Positions 13,885 to 22,630 of a stretch of 64,000 bases of DNA are shown here, piece after piece. Where the stretch lies: positions 9,587-73,586 of the forward strand of contig NZ_CBDCBI010000001.1 of NCBI RefSeq assembly GCF_965214355.1. Direction: 5' to 3'. The translations under genes and the position numbers were made by a program. Each line of letters opens with the position of its first letter. Position 1 is the first letter of the stretch. Below the pieces are notes generated by a model. That model saw only the letters and a list, made by a program, of their open reading frames with translations. It was not told where the DNA came from and did no database searches. Source of the stretch: Novosphingobium sp. GTDB taxonomy: Bacteria > Pseudomonadota > Alphaproteobacteria > Sphingomonadales > Sphingomonadaceae.

Positions 13885-14135
13885 CCACGCTGCACTGGCT
13901 CTATGCCAGCGGCCACGCTGTCGATATCGTGTTGACGATCATCACGATCGAATATGTATGGCTGGTTCGTGTGGGCGGTTGGAAAAACACCGACGCGGTG
14001 CTCCGGCTCTCCCCGGGTATCATGATGCTAGTTGCCTTGCGGGCGGCATTGGCCGGGCAGGAATGGTATTGGATCGCCCTGCCCCTGCTGGTTTCGTTTC
14101 CGCTCCATCTTGCCGACATCGCCCGACACCGATGA
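13881..14135 (+). CDS. Small hydrophobic membrane protein of unknown function at the PGC edge
   Basis: About 84 aa, mostly hydrophobic (LHWLYASGHAVDIVL...WYWIALPLLVSFPLHLADI). A CTG start overlaps the tspO TGA by 4 nt; the start is uncertain. Confidence 0.65.
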   Translation: MTTLHWLYASGHAVDIVLTIITIEYVWLVRVGGWKNTDAVLRLSPGIMMLVALRAALAGQEWYWIALPLLVSFPLHLADIARHR

Positions 14136-14173
14136 TCCGTACCCGGCGATCGCAATCGCCGGGTACAAGATGG

Positions 14174-14707
14174 TCAGGAGTTGGTTTTGAGATAGGCGAT
14201 CACGTCGGCGCGTTTTTGCGGATCGGACCAGCCTGGAAAGGTCATTTTCGTACCCGGAACAACGCGCTGCGGATTTTCGAGATACTGGAACAGCTTTGCT
14301 TCGGTCCAGGTTATGCCACTGCCCTTGTTGGCAGCGGAGTACGTGTAGCCATCGATGCTGCCGGCCTTGCGTCCCACGACGCCGTGAAGCGATGGACCGA
14401 TCTTGTTGACCCCCTGCTCGATGGCATGGCACGTCATGCATGTGGTGAAATCGGCTTTGCCGGCCACCGCGTCGCCAGTGTAGCTGGCATATTTGACGCC
14501 GCTGATCGTGTCTGTGTTGTCCGCGGCCGGTGCCGCCGCTGCGGGTGCCGCAGGCGATGCCGCGGCGACGGCGGGATCCGGGGCCGTCGCGGCCGTCGTC
14601 GTGCTTGTGTCGGGCGCTTTCTTTGCGCACGCCGTCAGCGCAAGCACGCTGACCGACACACACACGGCCACATAACCAAGCCGACTTTTCGATACTGAAT
14701 GCATCAT
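14174..14707 (-). CDS. cycA: Cytochrome c2-like class I cytochrome with lipoprotein signal and Ala/Pro/Thr linker
   Basis: Heme motif CMTCH, KIGPSLHGVVGR and PGTKM (axial Met). N-terminal lipobox LTAC; GGAGAGG RBS before ATG 14707. Confidence 0.9.
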   Translation of the reverse strand: MMHSVSKSRLGYVAVCVSVSVLALTACAKKAPDTSTTTAATAPDPAVAAASPAAPAAAAPAADNTDTISGVKYASYTGDAVAGKADFTTCMTCHAIEQGVNKIGPSLHGVVGRKAGSIDGYTYSAANKGSGITWTEAKLFQYLENPQRVVPGTKMTFPGWSDPQKRADVIAYLKTNS

Positions 14708-14766
14708 ATCATCCTCTCCGCTGCATATCTGTCCAGCGCCTGCACTTTCGGCCCCGCACGCCTGAA

Positions 14767-14784
14767 TGTCCAATGGTCTTTACA
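14767..14784. promoter_or_regulatory. PpsR box upstream of cycA
   Basis: Exact TGT-CCAATGGTCTTT-ACA, 60 bp upstream of the cycA start. Confidence 0.8.
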
Positions 14785-14954
14785 CATTCAATGACGAAAA
14801 AATGCACAACTTCTCAGATTGTTTCGGCGACGGGTTTGCGGGTCGCTTTGTTCACGGTTGAGCGGTGTCGACGCTGAATACGATATCGCGTCACTGCTGT
14901 GCTTGTGATTTGGTTGGAAGCGCCTCGAGCGCGTACCCCCCTGCCCCGATACCC

Positions 14955-15235
14955 TATGTCTTTCTTATCAGATTCACTGAAAAGAAGAATCCGGGCTGTT
15001 AGACTGGTTTCTTTAGGGGTTAGATAGTTAAGTCGGCGCGAGTCGGTCGTAACGTCTTGTATTTGGCCGCTATTGCCGGATCGGTCGTTCCCGATGTATC
15101 GAGCCTGTGTTCCTGAAGGATCGAGAATTGTGTTCCCGATGTGTCGACTATCGGTTCCCGGAATACCGTGATTCGTTCCTGATGTGTCGATGGGTCAAGA
15201 AAACAGGCACATTCGGCATAGGGTTTGAATCATTT
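14955..15235. other. Putative plasmid replication origin (oriV)
   Basis: AT-rich stretch (about 14955-15030), five GANTC sites (14971, 14987, 15040, 15170, 15228) and an iteron array, immediately downstream of repA. Confidence 0.75.
15087..15190 (+). repeat. Five 16-bp iterons, consensus GTTCCYGATGTRTCGA
   Basis: GTTCCCGATGTATCGA (15087), GTTCCTGAAGGATCGA (15109), GTTCCCGATGTGTCGA (15132), GTTCCCGGAATACCGT (15154, degenerate) and GTTCCTGATGTGTCGA (15175); period 21-23 bp. Confidence 0.85.
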
Positions 15236-15375
15236 TCGAGGCCAATCGAGGAATAGAGGTTCAAGAATTCGGCTTGGCCGCGCCAGAGGCTGCGCAGGTG
15301 GGTGAATTTCAGCGGTAAGGCAACCAGGGCCCGACACTTCAGGAACGCTTGGGGCCGATTTGCACGGCAAACGGC

Positions 15376-16608
15376 TTAGCCGCGGAGGGTATGGCGGTTG
15401 TCCTTGTCATACCTTCGAACAAACCCGAGGAAGGCATTCTGGTAATTGACAGGCGTGCGCGAGGGGTCGCCGTCAATCCATTCTCTGAAAAGCGCGTGGA
15501 GGTTCTGATAGTCCCAGCCCGGACAATCGCTCCGCAGCGTTTGCATCGTCTGGTCGGTGATGAAACCTTCGGTCGCCCTGGATGACAGGTTTGAAACGGT
15601 ACGGCGCACCAGACTGCGGACATCATAAGTGTTCGTCGAGGCGCTATCTTGCGCTTGGACGGTTGTCGATGATGACCGTTCGTTGGATGCGCCGGCATCG
15701 CCCTTCGGTTTGGTGTCCGGTCGGCGAGCCCCCTGCCCTTTCTGATGGCGTGTCGTGTGCTCGGTGTCGGCCTCGGATCGCCGCCGCATGCGCAAGGCTG
15801 GTTCACGTTTGCCCGGAACTTGCTCGACCGTCACGGCGTATCCTGGCAGCTCGTTGCGTTCGGCTATTTTTGCAATCTCGAACTTGAAGCGCCGATACTG
15901 CCCCTCGGCCCCCGATTTTTCGAACAGCGTCGGTAGCGAAATTGCAAAGCCGGCTTCGCCCGCACCCCCTGCGTGCTTTCGCGCAACCTTGTAGAGCCAG
16001 CGCTCTCTGCCTCCGCTGATATCGAAATACGCGCGATCGATCGAAAGGATGCCGCCCTGCATGAGGACACCTTCATGGAACCAGTTGCTTAGCTCGATCG
16101 TCATGCCGCGCGACCGTTCGGTCTTTTCATCGACAAGTTGGGTCCAGCCATCGAGCCAGCTGAAGGTTGCCTCGCGCCGGTTCTCGGCCCGGATGTTGGT
16201 CTTGACCGTGGTGGAGACCAGGCGGTCCAGTGACTGGGCGAGCAGTTCATACGCGCGGCCGGTCGTGGGGCGGCCGATCGCGCGCAACAGATCGTATGGC
16301 ATGAGATGGAGTTTGCGCGGAACGTCATTCGCGCCCCGGCGAGCCATATCGGCAAGTGTCGACGCACAATAGATCAGGATATCCGCATCCCAGATCGTGG
16401 CCATGCCATAACCCGGGTTTGCCGAGACATGGACCCATAACTTGCCGTCAGGGGAATTGTAGTCGATCGGCTTGATCCGTTTTGACTTTGCCAGGCTGAA
16501 GAACGGTCGTTCCATCATCTCGCGTTGATCGCGCAGAGGCAGATCGGCGATATAGGGAAGGAACAGGTCGAACTGGTCGCTGATTTGGGTTTTCTTTGCT
16601 TTTGTCAC
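15376..16608 (-). CDS. repA: Plasmid replication initiator RepA (RPA-type)
   Basis: RDQREMMERPFFSLAK, GMATIWDADILIY, LERWLY-like GRERWLYKVARKHAG; GTG start; adjacent to parAB and iterons. Confidence 0.9.
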   Translation of the reverse strand: MTKAKKTQISDQFDLFLPYIADLPLRDQREMMERPFFSLAKSKRIKPIDYNSPDGKLWVHVSANPGYGMATIWDADILIYCASTLADMARRGANDVPRKLHLMPYDLLRAIGRPTTGRAYELLAQSLDRLVSTTVKTNIRAENRREATFSWLDGWTQLVDEKTERSRGMTIELSNWFHEGVLMQGGILSIDRAYFDISGGRERWLYKVARKHAGGAGEAGFAISLPTLFEKSGAEGQYRRFKFEIAKIAERNELPGYAVTVEQVPGKREPALRMRRRSEADTEHTTRHQKGQGARRPDTKPKGDAGASNERSSSTTVQAQDSASTNTYDVRSLVRRTVSNLSSRATEGFITDQTMQTLRSDCPGWDYQNLHALFREWIDGDPSRTPVNYQNAFLGFVRRYDKDNRHTLRG

Positions 16609-16740
16609 GGATGCTGCCTGGTGAGTGATGTTTGCGTTTCAGGGCGGGGTTTCGGGGCAGGGCGGGGCGGGGGCGTCGCCCGGTGAAGGCATCGATGCCC
16701 AGGTTCCAGGACCGCGCGCTGGCGTTGAGGCGGATAGGCA

Positions 16741-16760
16741 AAGTTTCCCCGGGGAAACTT
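16741..16760. repeat. Perfect 20-bp palindrome, parS-like site 1
   Basis: AAGTTTCCCCGGGGAAACTT between repA and parB. Confidence 0.75.
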
Positions 16761-16891
16761 CGTGGCTCCAACCGGGTGCAGGGCAGGGGCGATGCAGACG
16801 ACAGGGCGGGGCAGGGGAGGGCGTCCGACCTCCGGCCGGCAATGGGCGCGCGCTTGCGGCGTGGTTGGCCTGTCGCGGGTGTTGGCAAGCT

Positions 16892-16919
16892 GCGCATGTT
16901 TCCCCGGGGAAACATGCGC
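16892..16919. repeat. Perfect 28-bp palindrome, parS-like site 2
   Basis: GCGCATGTTTCCCCGGGGAAACATGCGC, directly after the parB stop; shares the core GTTTCCCCGGGGAAAC with site 1. Confidence 0.75.
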
Positions 16920-17981
16920 TCAACGAAGACGATTGCGGCCTGTGTCATCGAGATATGCAAGTGCTTCGCGCAGGCCCCGAAGCAGATCTTCCTCGGTGGC
17001 CCCCGAGCCGGCATGAAGCCTGATGGTCACCCCCTGCCGATTGGATGACACGACACTCAGCGCTGTTCGGCCCAACTTGCTCTGGAAGATAAAGGGTTCG
17101 CTGGCATCTGCCGTATTCTGCGTCGCCAGATGAAGGCGACGGAACACCTCGGGGGCGGCAAGGGCTGGCTCACCACTCGACTTGCGCCCTGCTTGCTGTT
17201 TTGCCAGCACCTTGGCGGCGGCGACGATGGCGGCCGCCCTGGTCTTGTCATCGAGAAGCTGTGCCAGGGCATAAGCCGGTTTCAGGTGGATGTCGGACGG
17301 GGTGGCGAAGGCCGACACGACCATATCAGGCAGCGCTGCGACCTTCAGCATCTTGGAGAGCCAGCCCTTCGACACTTTGAGGCGCTCTGCCATCCGGGTC
17401 ATATGGTTGCCGTAATGTTGTCGCAGGGCGGCAGCGTAATTGCGGGCGCGCTCGAGATCGGAGACGTCTGTACGCGCGCGGTTTTCCAGATCAGCAAGCC
17501 GAAAGGCGGCTTCGTCATCGAGAACCGCCACCTGGGCGACAAACTGCATCTCCGGATAGGAGTTGCGCCTGAGCCACGAGATCGACCAGTGACGACGCGT
17601 GCCGGCGATCACCTCGAAATCGTGCGCCGGGTCGTCAGCGACCCGCCGGACGACGGCAGGCACCTTTTGCCCGCCCTCTGCGAGGATCGAATCGATCAAT
17701 TCGCGGCAGTTGTCTTCGGTCAGATGCTCATAGAGGCGGGCGTTTCCACTCCAGACGCGAACCCGCGCGGGATCCAGGAGCATCTGGGTGACCTGGCGGA
17801 CTTCACCGGTGGCAACGCGTGCCAGCGCGGTCTCGCGACCGAGCAGCGTATTGCCGCGCATGCGATCCGGCCTGGCCGGAGGGGTCGCCCGCGCGCTGGT
17901 CTCGTCGTTCGAAGAGTCGACCCCAGGCGCATCTTCGTCCGCAAGAAGATCGGCGAGATAGCCCTTTTGATTACGCGCCAT
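16920..17981 (-). CDS. parB: Plasmid partition protein ParB
   Basis: GQKVPAVVRR, FEVIAGTRRHWS (GxRR CTP-binding motif) and ENRARTDVSDLERA; start placed at ATG 17981. Confidence 0.92.
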   Translation of the reverse strand: MARNQKGYLADLLADEDAPGVDSSNDETSARATPPARPDRMRGNTLLGRETALARVATGEVRQVTQMLLDPARVRVWSGNARLYEHLTEDNCRELIDSILAEGGQKVPAVVRRVADDPAHDFEVIAGTRRHWSISWLRRNSYPEMQFVAQVAVLDDEAAFRLADLENRARTDVSDLERARNYAAALRQHYGNHMTRMAERLKVSKGWLSKMLKVAALPDMVVSAFATPSDIHLKPAYALAQLLDDKTRAAAIVAAAKVLAKQQAGRKSSGEPALAAPEVFRRLHLATQNTADASEPFIFQSKLGRTALSVVSSNRQGVTIRLHAGSGATEEDLLRGLREALAYLDDTGRNRLR

Positions 17982-18043
17982 CGGATCGCTCCCAATCGGC
18001 CGGCGACGGCACCGGAGTGCGGGCTGCAGCGGGGCGGGGGGCG

Positions 18044-19252
18044 TCAAGCGGCTTCATTGACAAGAGCCTCCTCGCTGACGGGCGATACACGGCCCCAGCC
18101 CCGGCGGACAAGCTGCTCTACCTGGCCAAGTGCCTCGTCGAGATTTGTGCGGCACCGCTTGTGCGTCCGCGTTGTCCCGATTGGCTTGTCGAGTTCATAT
18201 ACGGTCATCATCCGCATTGCCGCATGGCTTATTTCCGCTGACTCCAGTATCGGCACCGGCAAGAGGGCCGGCCCGAAAGTCTGTTCCATGATCTGCTGGA
18301 CCATGGCATGCGCGGGGTCATTCCCGTTGAATTTCGAGCAAATCAGGCGGACGAACGCATAGTCGACATCGATCCCGGCCTGCCCGAGCTGATCGATGAC
18401 CTGCTCCATCATCGACAGGAATTGCACCGTCGAGCAAAAATCCGGGGTTGTTGCCGCCAACGGCACGATCAGCGCATTGGCCGCCTGCATGACGGCAAGA
18501 CTGATCGTGCCCAGTGCAGGTGGCGGGTCGAGCAGCACGACGTCGTACGATCGTGCAAGATCCGTAAGACCAGCTTTCAGTTTTCGGAACCGTGTTGCAA
18601 GAATGCTCCCGCCGTCGGCGCCGGCTGCTGCCATCTCGTATTCCACATCGAACAACTCGAGATTCGAGGGAATCAGATCGACATTGGGCCAGGGCGTCTT
18701 CTTTACCGCATAAAGAAGGTCGGCCTGCGTCGGGTCGATCGAAAGATACGGATAGAGTGTTTCCTCGCGAGTCACGTTGAAATGCGGATTGAGCCCGAAA
18801 AGCGTCGTCGTCGTCGCCTGGCTGTCGCAATCCACCACGAGCACGCGATAGCCCTGTACCGCCAGATAGTGGGCCAGGTGGGTCGTCACGGTCGATTTGC
18901 CAACGCCGCCCTTGAAGTTCTGGACGGCGATTATGGGCGGCTGATCCATCGGCGCGCGGGCAGGGGAGGCGCCCAGCACTTCACGCATATTCAGAAGTTC
19001 TTCAATGGTATAGCCGGATCGGCGGCCGGAATCGGTGGCCGGCGGTTGGGGCAGCCGGCCATCATCTTCGGCCATCCGAATGCGGTTTGTCGAGCACCCG
19101 AGCAGAGTGGCGGCCTCGGCGATGCCGTATCGCACATCCAGACCCTTGCGCGTATCGGGGAGAAAGGCTTTCCGGCGGAGGCGTTCGATCATTCGAACGC
19201 CGGCGTCTGCCAGCTCGGCGATCCGGCTCGCGTCTGAAGTCGTGTCAGCCAT
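18044..19252 (-). CDS. parA: Plasmid partition ATPase ParA with N-terminal HTH
   Basis: Deviant Walker A NFKGGVGKST, VDCDSQA and LDPPPALG; the N-terminal YGIAEAATLLGCS...RIR HTH indicates type Ia. Start uncertain (19252 or 19258). Confidence 0.93.
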   Translation of the reverse strand: MADTTSDASRIAELADAGVRMIERLRRKAFLPDTRKGLDVRYGIAEAATLLGCSTNRIRMAEDDGRLPQPPATDSGRRSGYTIEELLNMREVLGASPARAPMDQPPIIAVQNFKGGVGKSTVTTHLAHYLAVQGYRVLVVDCDSQATTTTLFGLNPHFNVTREETLYPYLSIDPTQADLLYAVKKTPWPNVDLIPSNLELFDVEYEMAAAGADGGSILATRFRKLKAGLTDLARSYDVVLLDPPPALGTISLAVMQAANALIVPLAATTPDFCSTVQFLSMMEQVIDQLGQAGIDVDYAFVRLICSKFNGNDPAHAMVQQIMEQTFGPALLPVPILESAEISHAAMRMMTVYELDKPIGTTRTHKRCRTNLDEALGQVEQLVRRGWGRVSPVSEEALVNEAA

Positions 19253-19389
19253 TAGCATCCAATCTGAATATAATCGAGCGAACATAGGCTCAATTTCATT
19301 CAATCGTCAATCGTATACTCAAAAGTGATCACGTCGGCCGTGCCACTTGTGGGATGTCTTCATCGCGATCTTCGCCCCGGAAACCTGCA

Positions 19390-20379
19390 TCATCCTGGCC
19401 TGGGTTCTCCTACGTATCTTTCCGGATTGGCATGCGAAATGTGAAGCGGGTTTCGCCGCCCGACGACGCGACTTCGAGCGGCCCTGCCATGCTGCCGCGG
19501 CGACACGCCCATGATGCGTTTGAAAGCCGCGCCAAAGGCACTTTCGGATTCGTATCCGGCGCCTCGCGCGGCCTCGGCAACCGAGACGCCTGCATGGGTC
19601 AGGCGGTCCGCTGCCACCATCATCCTCCAGCGGGTCAGATAGTCCATCGCCGATTCTCCGACCTTTTCCTTGTATCGCAGCGCGAAGCTCGATCGCGACA
19701 TGCCGGCAAGTCCGGCGAGCATGGCCAGCGTCCATTTACGCGCCGGGTCGGCATGCATCGCGGTTATCGCGGCAAGTATCTGCGGATCGCCCAGCGCAAA
19801 CAGCCAGCCAGCGCTGGCCATCGCATCATCCGCCAGATGCAGCCGCAACGCCTCGATCAGCAACGCCTGGGCAAGATGCCCGGCGATGAGGGCATGGCCG
19901 GGCCGCTGCACGCGCAATTCGCGCATCAGGCGTTCGATCGAGCTGCGCAGCGCCAATTTGTCCGGTTCGGTCCGGATATGCACGACCGGCGGCAGCATCC
20001 CCAGCAGGCGCTCGGCATGTTTGCCACTGAACCCGAAAAAACCCCCGACACCGGTGCAGCTGCCGCCCCCGTTCAGCACGGCGGTTTCACCGGGAGGGAC
20101 GCGCGGAAAGAACGCGTAGGCGTCAATCGCGGGCACATCGGGCGAACTGCAGAGGCGAAACGCGCGACGCGCGGGCGACAACACGAAGTCGCCCGGATCC
20201 AGCCAGACCGCCGCCGGGGTTTGGTCGTCCAGCAGCCAGCAGCCGCCGGTCTCGACCGCAAAGCATTTGATGCCCTCGGCCGCCGTGTATGCAAGCGCCC
20301 ATTCGCCCCCGGCTTCAAGACCCCGGAAACCGTAGCTGTTGGGCCTGAGCAGGGAGAGCACTTCGGAAAGGGGATCCAT
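19390..20379 (-). CDS. AraC-family regulator with N-terminal cupin (RclR-like)
   Basis: MDPLSEVLSLLR..., WTLAMLAGLAGMSRSSFA and GYESESAFGAAFKRIMGVSP. Confidence 0.9.
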   Translation of the reverse strand: MDPLSEVLSLLRPNSYGFRGLEAGGEWALAYTAAEGIKCFAVETGGCWLLDDQTPAAVWLDPGDFVLSPARRAFRLCSSPDVPAIDAYAFFPRVPPGETAVLNGGGSCTGVGGFFGFSGKHAERLLGMLPPVVHIRTEPDKLALRSSIERLMRELRVQRPGHALIAGHLAQALLIEALRLHLADDAMASAGWLFALGDPQILAAITAMHADPARKWTLAMLAGLAGMSRSSFALRYKEKVGESAMDYLTRWRMMVAADRLTHAGVSVAEAARGAGYESESAFGAAFKRIMGVSPRQHGRAARSRVVGRRNPLHISHANPERYVGEPRPG

Positions 20380-20486
20380 GACACTTCCGGACGATCGCGA
20401 CGATATTGCGGATTGCAACGCATAGCATGTCCACAAAGGTGGCGCTAAATGCAATCAGCATCGCATCGCAACTGGCTTGGGAACAC

Positions 20487-20565
20487 GCATGACACGCAAT
20501 TTCCATCTCTGCGGATCGCGATCCTGGGCGCCGGAAACATCGGCTTCGCCAGGTTCGGCCCCTGC
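20487..20565 (+). pseudogene. Remnant 5' end of a Rossmann-fold oxidoreductase
   Basis: Reads ...PSLRIAILGAGNIG (GxGxxG), then degenerates; divergent from the AraC gene. Confidence 0.5.
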
Positions 20566-20646
20566 CGCAGATGTCGCAGCCATTGCCGCCACGATGCCGG
20601 CGTAAGCTTGCGATCAGAAGGTTTTCCCTGTTTACGAGGTGCAATC

Positions 20647-21066
20647 TTGCCCGTTGTCAGCGTCACACGTTTTCGTACCCGCTCCTGGCGGTTCGTGCCC
20701 TCGTTCCTGTTTCATGCGCAGCGCGCGATCGCCCAAATGCGCCGGTCGGACGGCTATATTGCCGGCGCCGTGCGCCGCGACCGTGATCTTGCGTTCTGGA
20801 CGATGACGGTGTGGCGCGATGAGCAGGCGATGATGCGCTATGTCCTGAGCGGGGCGCACCGCACCGCCATGCCGCGCCTCGCAAACTGGGGCGCCGAGGC
20901 GAGCACGGTCCGCTGGACGATGGCAGGGGACGATGTGCCCGACTGGGCGACTGCCGATGAGCGGATGAAGGCAAACGGCCGTGCGCTTGCGCTGCGGCAT
21001 GCAGAGCCGCTGCATGAAGGCGTTGCCTATGTTTCCTCGCCCGCCACGTTTACGACACGTCTCTGA
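20647..21066 (+). CDS. DUF3291-like / antibiotic-biosynthesis-monooxygenase-like small protein
   Basis: TTG start after GAGG; VSVTRFRTRSWRF, FWTMTVWRDEQAMMRYVLSGAHRTAMP. Confidence 0.7.
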   Translation: MPVVSVTRFRTRSWRFVPSFLFHAQRAIAQMRRSDGYIAGAVRRDRDLAFWTMTVWRDEQAMMRYVLSGAHRTAMPRLANWGAEASTVRWTMAGDDVPDWATADERMKANGRALALRHAEPLHEGVAYVSSPATFTTRL

Positions 21067-21150
21067 TTGCTGGACAGATTATCGAGATTCATCAATGACC
21101 TCGCGCTTCATCGTGGTTTTCCTGTTGCTGGCATATGAGGATATCGCCAA

Positions 21151-22461
21151 TCAGCTTGCTGAGGGTGATGGCACTATCCGTCCCTCGCAAGGGCCAAAGC
21201 CGATTGTCGCAAATCCCGCCCGGGAGCATCGTCCGCTGAGAAAAATCCGGTCGCCGTCTTCGATGAAGATCCTGCTTTCTCCGCCAGGAAGCATCACGGG
21301 TTCGACACCGCCGCGCGTCCGCTCGATCAACGCGCCGCAGGACAGGGCATCGGGACCCGAAATCGTGCCTGTGCCAATCAGGTCGCCTGGCCGAAGATTG
21401 CAGCCGTTGCTGGCATGGTGGGTCACGATCTGGGCGGCAGTCCAATACATATGGGAAGCGTTCGACCGGCACAGCGTCGCCGGGCCAAGTCCCATTCGCT
21501 CCATCGCCGGGCTGGCCAGAGTCACCTCCAGCTCGATGTCGAGCGCGCCGCCCGCCTGATCCGCTGCGTCGAGTAGATAGGACAGCGGTTGAGGATCACC
21601 GGGCGGCCGCGATGGCTGGGGAATGCGGAATGGCGCCAGGGCCTCGGCCGTGATGACCCAGGGGGAGATGGTCGTGGCAAAGCTTTTGGAAAGAAACGGC
21701 CCAAGCGGCTGATTCTCCCAAGCCTGGACATCCCGCGCCGACCAGTCATTGAGAAGCGAGAGGCCAACGATGCGTTCGTGCGCCTGTGCGACTGACAGCG
21801 TGGCGCCGAGTTCGTTACCCTCTCCCAGCCAAAGCCCCAGTTCGAGCTCGTAATCGAGACGGCGCGATGGTTCGTAGCGCGGTGGCGCGTCGGGCGAGGG
21901 ACGCACCTGGCCACGCGGACGTTTTATGGTGGTGCCGGACACAACCACCGAAGAGGCGCGGCCATGATATCCGATCGGCACGTATTTGTAGTTGGGGAGT
22001 AGCGGTTGATCTGGCCTGAACACCCGACCGACGTTCATTGCGTGGTGGATGCCGACAAAGAAATCGGTGTAGTCGCCGATTTGTGCAGGCAGACAGGCCA
22101 CGCACTCCGATAACGGCTTGAGCAGCTGTTCGGTCGCTGCGCGATGTTTCGAACCCACCAGAAGCAAGGCGAAGAGCTGGCGGCGAAGGTCCCGGCGGGG
22201 AGCCGGGCCAAGCGCGAAGAAGCCGTTCAGCGTCCCGCCTGCCATCGCGGCAACCGCACGACCGGCTGCACCGGAAAGCAGCCCGGCGGCCGCGGCTGCA
22301 TGCAGGTCGAGCACATAGTCGCCGATCGCGGTGCCTGCCCACGGCTTGCTGCCCCTGGACGAGACGATGCCGAATGGAAGATTCTGGATCGGGAAGTCGC
22401 AATGCCCGTTGGCCGACGCGACCCAGCTTCGCGCCGTGCCGTCATGCGTCTCGTCGATCAT
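21151..22461 (-). CDS. fahA: Fumarylacetoacetase
   Basis: FPIQNLPFG, GDYTDFFVGIHHA, PIGYHGRASS, LDYELELG and NDWSARDVQAWE. Confidence 0.92.
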   Translation of the reverse strand: MIDETHDGTARSWVASANGHCDFPIQNLPFGIVSSRGSKPWAGTAIGDYVLDLHAAAAAGLLSGAAGRAVAAMAGGTLNGFFALGPAPRRDLRRQLFALLLVGSKHRAATEQLLKPLSECVACLPAQIGDYTDFFVGIHHAMNVGRVFRPDQPLLPNYKYVPIGYHGRASSVVVSGTTIKRPRGQVRPSPDAPPRYEPSRRLDYELELGLWLGEGNELGATLSVAQAHERIVGLSLLNDWSARDVQAWENQPLGPFLSKSFATTISPWVITAEALAPFRIPQPSRPPGDPQPLSYLLDAADQAGGALDIELEVTLASPAMERMGLGPATLCRSNASHMYWTAAQIVTHHASNGCNLRPGDLIGTGTISGPDALSCGALIERTRGGVEPVMLPGGESRIFIEDGDRIFLSGRCSRAGFATIGFGPCEGRIVPSPSAS

Positions 22462-22630
22462 TTGACCACGTCGGAAACTGTGCCGGCTTGCGCGCTTTTC
22501 ATGCTTCGCGTTTAATCCTTCGGGCAGGCGATAGACCAGTGCTTTCTCGCGCTTGTCCGCGTGATCGGCCCGGCGTTGAGCGGGCGGGTGCGCGGCGCTT
22601 CGTGCCAGGCGGGCAGCGCGGGTGGAAGAT

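Noticed and set aside
15087-15190. Iteron array as a mini-CRISPR
   Set aside because: Spacers are only 5-7 bp, no cas genes are present, and the position next to repA explains it.
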